A program made the translations under genes and the position numbers. A stretch of DNA of 63,836 nucleotides, the filler included, from Acetivibrio sp. (GTDB lineage: Bacteria > Bacillota > Clostridia > Acetivibrionales > Acetivibrionaceae): assembly GCF_035371925.1 (NCBI RefSeq). It is 20 parts of 20 records of this genome, joined end to end, with 100 filler letters (N's around TTAATTAATTAA, not from the genome) between each part and the next. Parts side by side here need not be neighbours in the genome. Positions count along the whole stretch, not along the records: positions 61,404 to 63,836 come from NZ_DAORXT010000173.1; 19 more parts are not named here. One strand, given 5' to 3'. Positions 61,304 to 63,836 of this stretch are shown here, piece by piece (position 1 is the first letter of the stretch; the number at the start of each line of letters is the position of its first letter). Below the pieces are notes generated by a model that did not search any database, was not told where the DNA came from, and was given only the letters and a program-made list of their open reading frames with translations.

Positions 61304-61403
61304 NNNNNNNNNNNNNNNNNNNNNNNNNNNNNNNNNNNNNNNNNNNNTTAATTAATTAANNNNNNNNNNNNNNNNNNNNNNNNNNNNNNNNNNNNNNNNN
61401 NNN

Positions 61404-62317
61404 GCCGAGATTATCAAGCTTGGAAGTTTGCCCAGCCTAGAACTTACAATAAATTTATAGACATGCAAGACACCCCAGTATAGAATAATTGCGAATCCAG
61501 TGAAGGAACCGCTTAAGAACAGTATTAACACTGACAAGAATTCGACTATGACCATCTTTCGGGTTTTGTTCCAAGTTAGAGCTAGATAGGTCAAGCCTGG
61601 AAAAAAACTACACGCGAAATGTGATGCTTCCTTCATGAAACCCTGAATAGACGGTATTCCGCCTCGAAATGCAAGCGCAGAGTATTGACTCGATCCAACT
61701 CCAAAAATTCTTGCGGAAACAACTGGTAATACTGGAATATTCAAAACTATTTTTGTAAAAAAATCTATAAAGCCTATCACCATTTGTACAGTAGTAATGA
61801 AGAGGATAGCCCTTGATATCAGATTTTCATGTGATACTGAAATATCCCTCGCTATTGTGCCGAGAAAAACAAATAAAACTATCCTGATGACGCGTTCTAA
61901 ATTATTGGTGGAGAAGGATAACGGTCTCATAACGTTTTCCCCAAAAAACATTGCATCCCAACTTGCTCCGATTGGTACGACCATACTTTGTTGATCTGGA
62001 TGTATCACTAGAAGATATATGCCAAACAATGTAACAGTTAATAAAAGCAAACCATTGGTAAACGTAGCTAGGTTCACTTTGATGGATCCGATCAAAAGAA
62101 ATGAAATAAATAGATACAATAACATCAAAAATTCCTCATACTGCAATTCTATGGAACCTATTTTGATAAAGTACCCAGAGTTAACAAGAAGTGCAAAAGC
62201 AATAGCATCTAGAAACAAAAACGTCGAGAATTGTAGCATGTCTTTACATCGAATTGATTGGAATAATACTAATAAAAGAACTATAATAGATCCAGGGTTA
62301 AGCATCTTTAACGACAA
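61404..62317 (-). CDS. Polytopic membrane protein, probable Wzy polysaccharide polymerase (3' end cut)
   Basis: Many TM segments, periplasmic-loop-like RGGIPSIQGFMKEASHFA; lies downstream of a glycosyltransferase. Confidence 0.65.
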
Positions 62318-62611
62318 CTCCTTTGAACAATTCTCTATTTCTTGGCTCCAAGCAAGGGAATCTATTTAAGCGATAAAAGCAATTCCATAATCGTTCAAGT
62401 TGAAGAAAGCATTAATGTATCTGGTGCTCACTTAATTTTTTAAACTACTCCAACTAAATTGCCACTTCCACCTGAAAAATGACTCTTTTCTCAGCTAAAA
62501 GGGCTACACATAAATTTCTACTTTGGAATTTAGCCTATCAGAAATGACGCTGATGTACGTAAATATAGCATATTAAATCAAACCAATAATGATATCACGA
62601 TGTTGCGGGAT

Positions 62612-63640
62612 TTATCTCTGTGCCACTCTTGGCAATTGCTCTAAATTCATCACACTCAACATTATTTTGCACAACTCATCCGCATCAAATGGTTCAAAGA
62701 ACCAAACATTTTCATAGTCATCTAATATTTCATGTGAAAACGGTGTGTCTGAGGCTATTATGGGCGTTTTATGCAACTTAGCTTCTAACAAAGGCAAACC
62801 AAACGTCTCAATGTACGATGGAAATATAAGGACTGACTTTGAATACCATTCATAGACTTCCTCGCGTTTCAAACTTCCTATAAATTCTATTGGTAGGCCA
62901 TTTTGCCGTGCTGCTTCGTAAAGTTCCAATGCATACTTATTCTCGTGACCATTTATTGTCAAAACAACTCGGTAATCGTCTATTCCAACCTCTTTCAACT
63001 TTTTGCATGCTTGAAGTATAATTTTGTGATTCTTATAAGAATTGGGTGATGCTGGGTAGAAAAATGTTCGTAAATTAGTTGCTTCTCCACTAAAGTACTT
63101 CCTGACCTCTATATTGAGTTCGGGAGGATCAACTCGAATTTTGCTCGGGTTCACCTTCGCTTTTTGAGAACAAGCTTCCTTCATCCAGTTTGTTTGAACG
63201 ATTATCTCGTTAGCTTTTCTGATTGATCTTATTATGAGTCGGCCTATTATATTTTGATATGTCCAGTAAAGCCTATTCTCCTTAAAACAGAATTTGTAGT
63301 CAACAAACGGAAGTGACTGTTGTACATAAAGCACTTGCTTAAATTTTCTAGCAAATGGTATAGTAACGTTTTGCAGTGACAGAATTTCATCAGGATTTTG
63401 TTTCCTTACAATTTGTGGTGCAACAAGACAATCAAACACCACTCTGTGAAACCAGCTTTTCTTGACCCATGGATAATTTAGGACGCGTATGTTCTCAGTT
63501 TCGTTGAATTCGGGAGTACTCACAACAAATATCCACTGCACATTTACATCTGCTGATTTGACAGCTTTCTTGTAGTATTCCTCAAGTATAGTTAATGAAC
63601 CACCTGTTGTGGCAGGTACACAAAATACCATTATTTTCAT
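62612..63640 (-). CDS. Glycosyltransferase family 4 (GT-B)
   Basis: FFYPASPNSYKNH, FPSYIETFGLPLLEA, IASD. Confidence 0.92.
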   Translation of the reverse strand: MKIMVFCVPATTGGSLTILEEYYKKAVKSADVNVQWIFVVSTPEFNETENIRVLNYPWVKKSWFHRVVFDCLVAPQIVRKQNPDEILSLQNVTIPFARKFKQVLYVQQSLPFVDYKFCFKENRLYWTYQNIIGRLIIRSIRKANEIIVQTNWMKEACSQKAKVNPSKIRVDPPELNIEVRKYFSGEATNLRTFFYPASPNSYKNHKIILQACKKLKEVGIDDYRVVLTINGHENKYALELYEAARQNGLPIEFIGSLKREEVYEWYSKSVLIFPSYIETFGLPLLEAKLHKTPIIASDTPFSHEILDDYENVWFFEPFDADELCKIMLSVMNLEQLPRVAQR

Positions 63641-63744
63641 AAACAACCTTCCTTGGAACTGTCTTATGACAGTGTAGTTAATTGGCAATAAAAGTTACGA
63701 CAATATATCAGTCTTTGTTCCTACAACAGAATTAATATGCTTTC

Positions 63745-63836
63745 TCAATGCACGTTCCAAACCACTCTGTTCACATAATTCGTATATGAAATTATTATTC
63801 TCAAAACCTTTTCAGATACATTTGGTACGAAATAAT
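63745..63836 (-). CDS. C-terminus of a UDP-N-acetylhexosamine 2-epimerase (Cap5G/FnlC type)
   Basis: Manual translation YFVPNVSEKVLRIIISYTNYVNRVVWNVH*. Confidence 0.75.
   Translation of the reverse strand, partial: YFVPNVSEKVLRIIISYTNYVNRVVWNVH

Noticed and set aside
6531..63688. Numerous short ORF-track entries antisense to or overlapping confident genes (for example 7952-8557, 16048-16584, 56840-57367, 59249-59659)
   Set aside because: They are shadow ORFs with no recognisable motifs or RBS, fully explained by the opposite-strand gene.
1..63836. CRISPR array or cas genes
   Set aside because: I found no regularly spaced repeat-spacer series and no Cas motifs by eye. The abiF hairpin is single-copy and the protein has one HEPN motif, so it is not Cas13.

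Overview
This window is not one continuous locus. It is 20 short contigs (about 3.7 to 2.4 kb, sorted by decreasing length) joined by 100-nt N-TTAATTAATTAA-N linkers, plus one plain 100-N gap at 1203-1302. Contigs: 1-3707, 3808-7390, 7491-11071, 11172-14727, 14828-18375, 18476-21966, 22067-25507, 25608-28821, 28922-32101, 32202-35317, 35418-38488, 38589-41622, 41723-44746, 44847-47843, 47944-50699, 50800-53521, 53622-56150, 56251-58728, 58829-61303, 61404-63836. Adjacency across linkers means nothing. Gene content and order (citrate synthase with PLP decarboxylase, mrnC-rlmB-sigH-tRNAs, trmK-Nif3-rnpB, V-ATPase, rho, sspH) point to a low-GC spore-forming clostridium, by inference close to Acetivibrio (Clostridium) thermocellum. 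Housekeeping pieces alternate with accessory DNA: an ICE-like tail carrying an AbiF/HEPN gene with an upstream hairpin RNA candidate, type III and type IIG restriction-modification, GmrSD, a decayed EVE/McrB-like gene, MazEF and VapBC-type toxin-antitoxin pairs, IS relics, cargo genes separated by rlmD 3'-end relics, and polysaccharide genes. The leads most worth follow-up are the AbiF plus leader-RNA module (3566-2605), the rlmD-tail-punctuated cassette array (22275-25206) and a Rad50-like ATPase split at its zinc hook (14828-17506). All family assignments come from motif recognition by eye; no database search was run.
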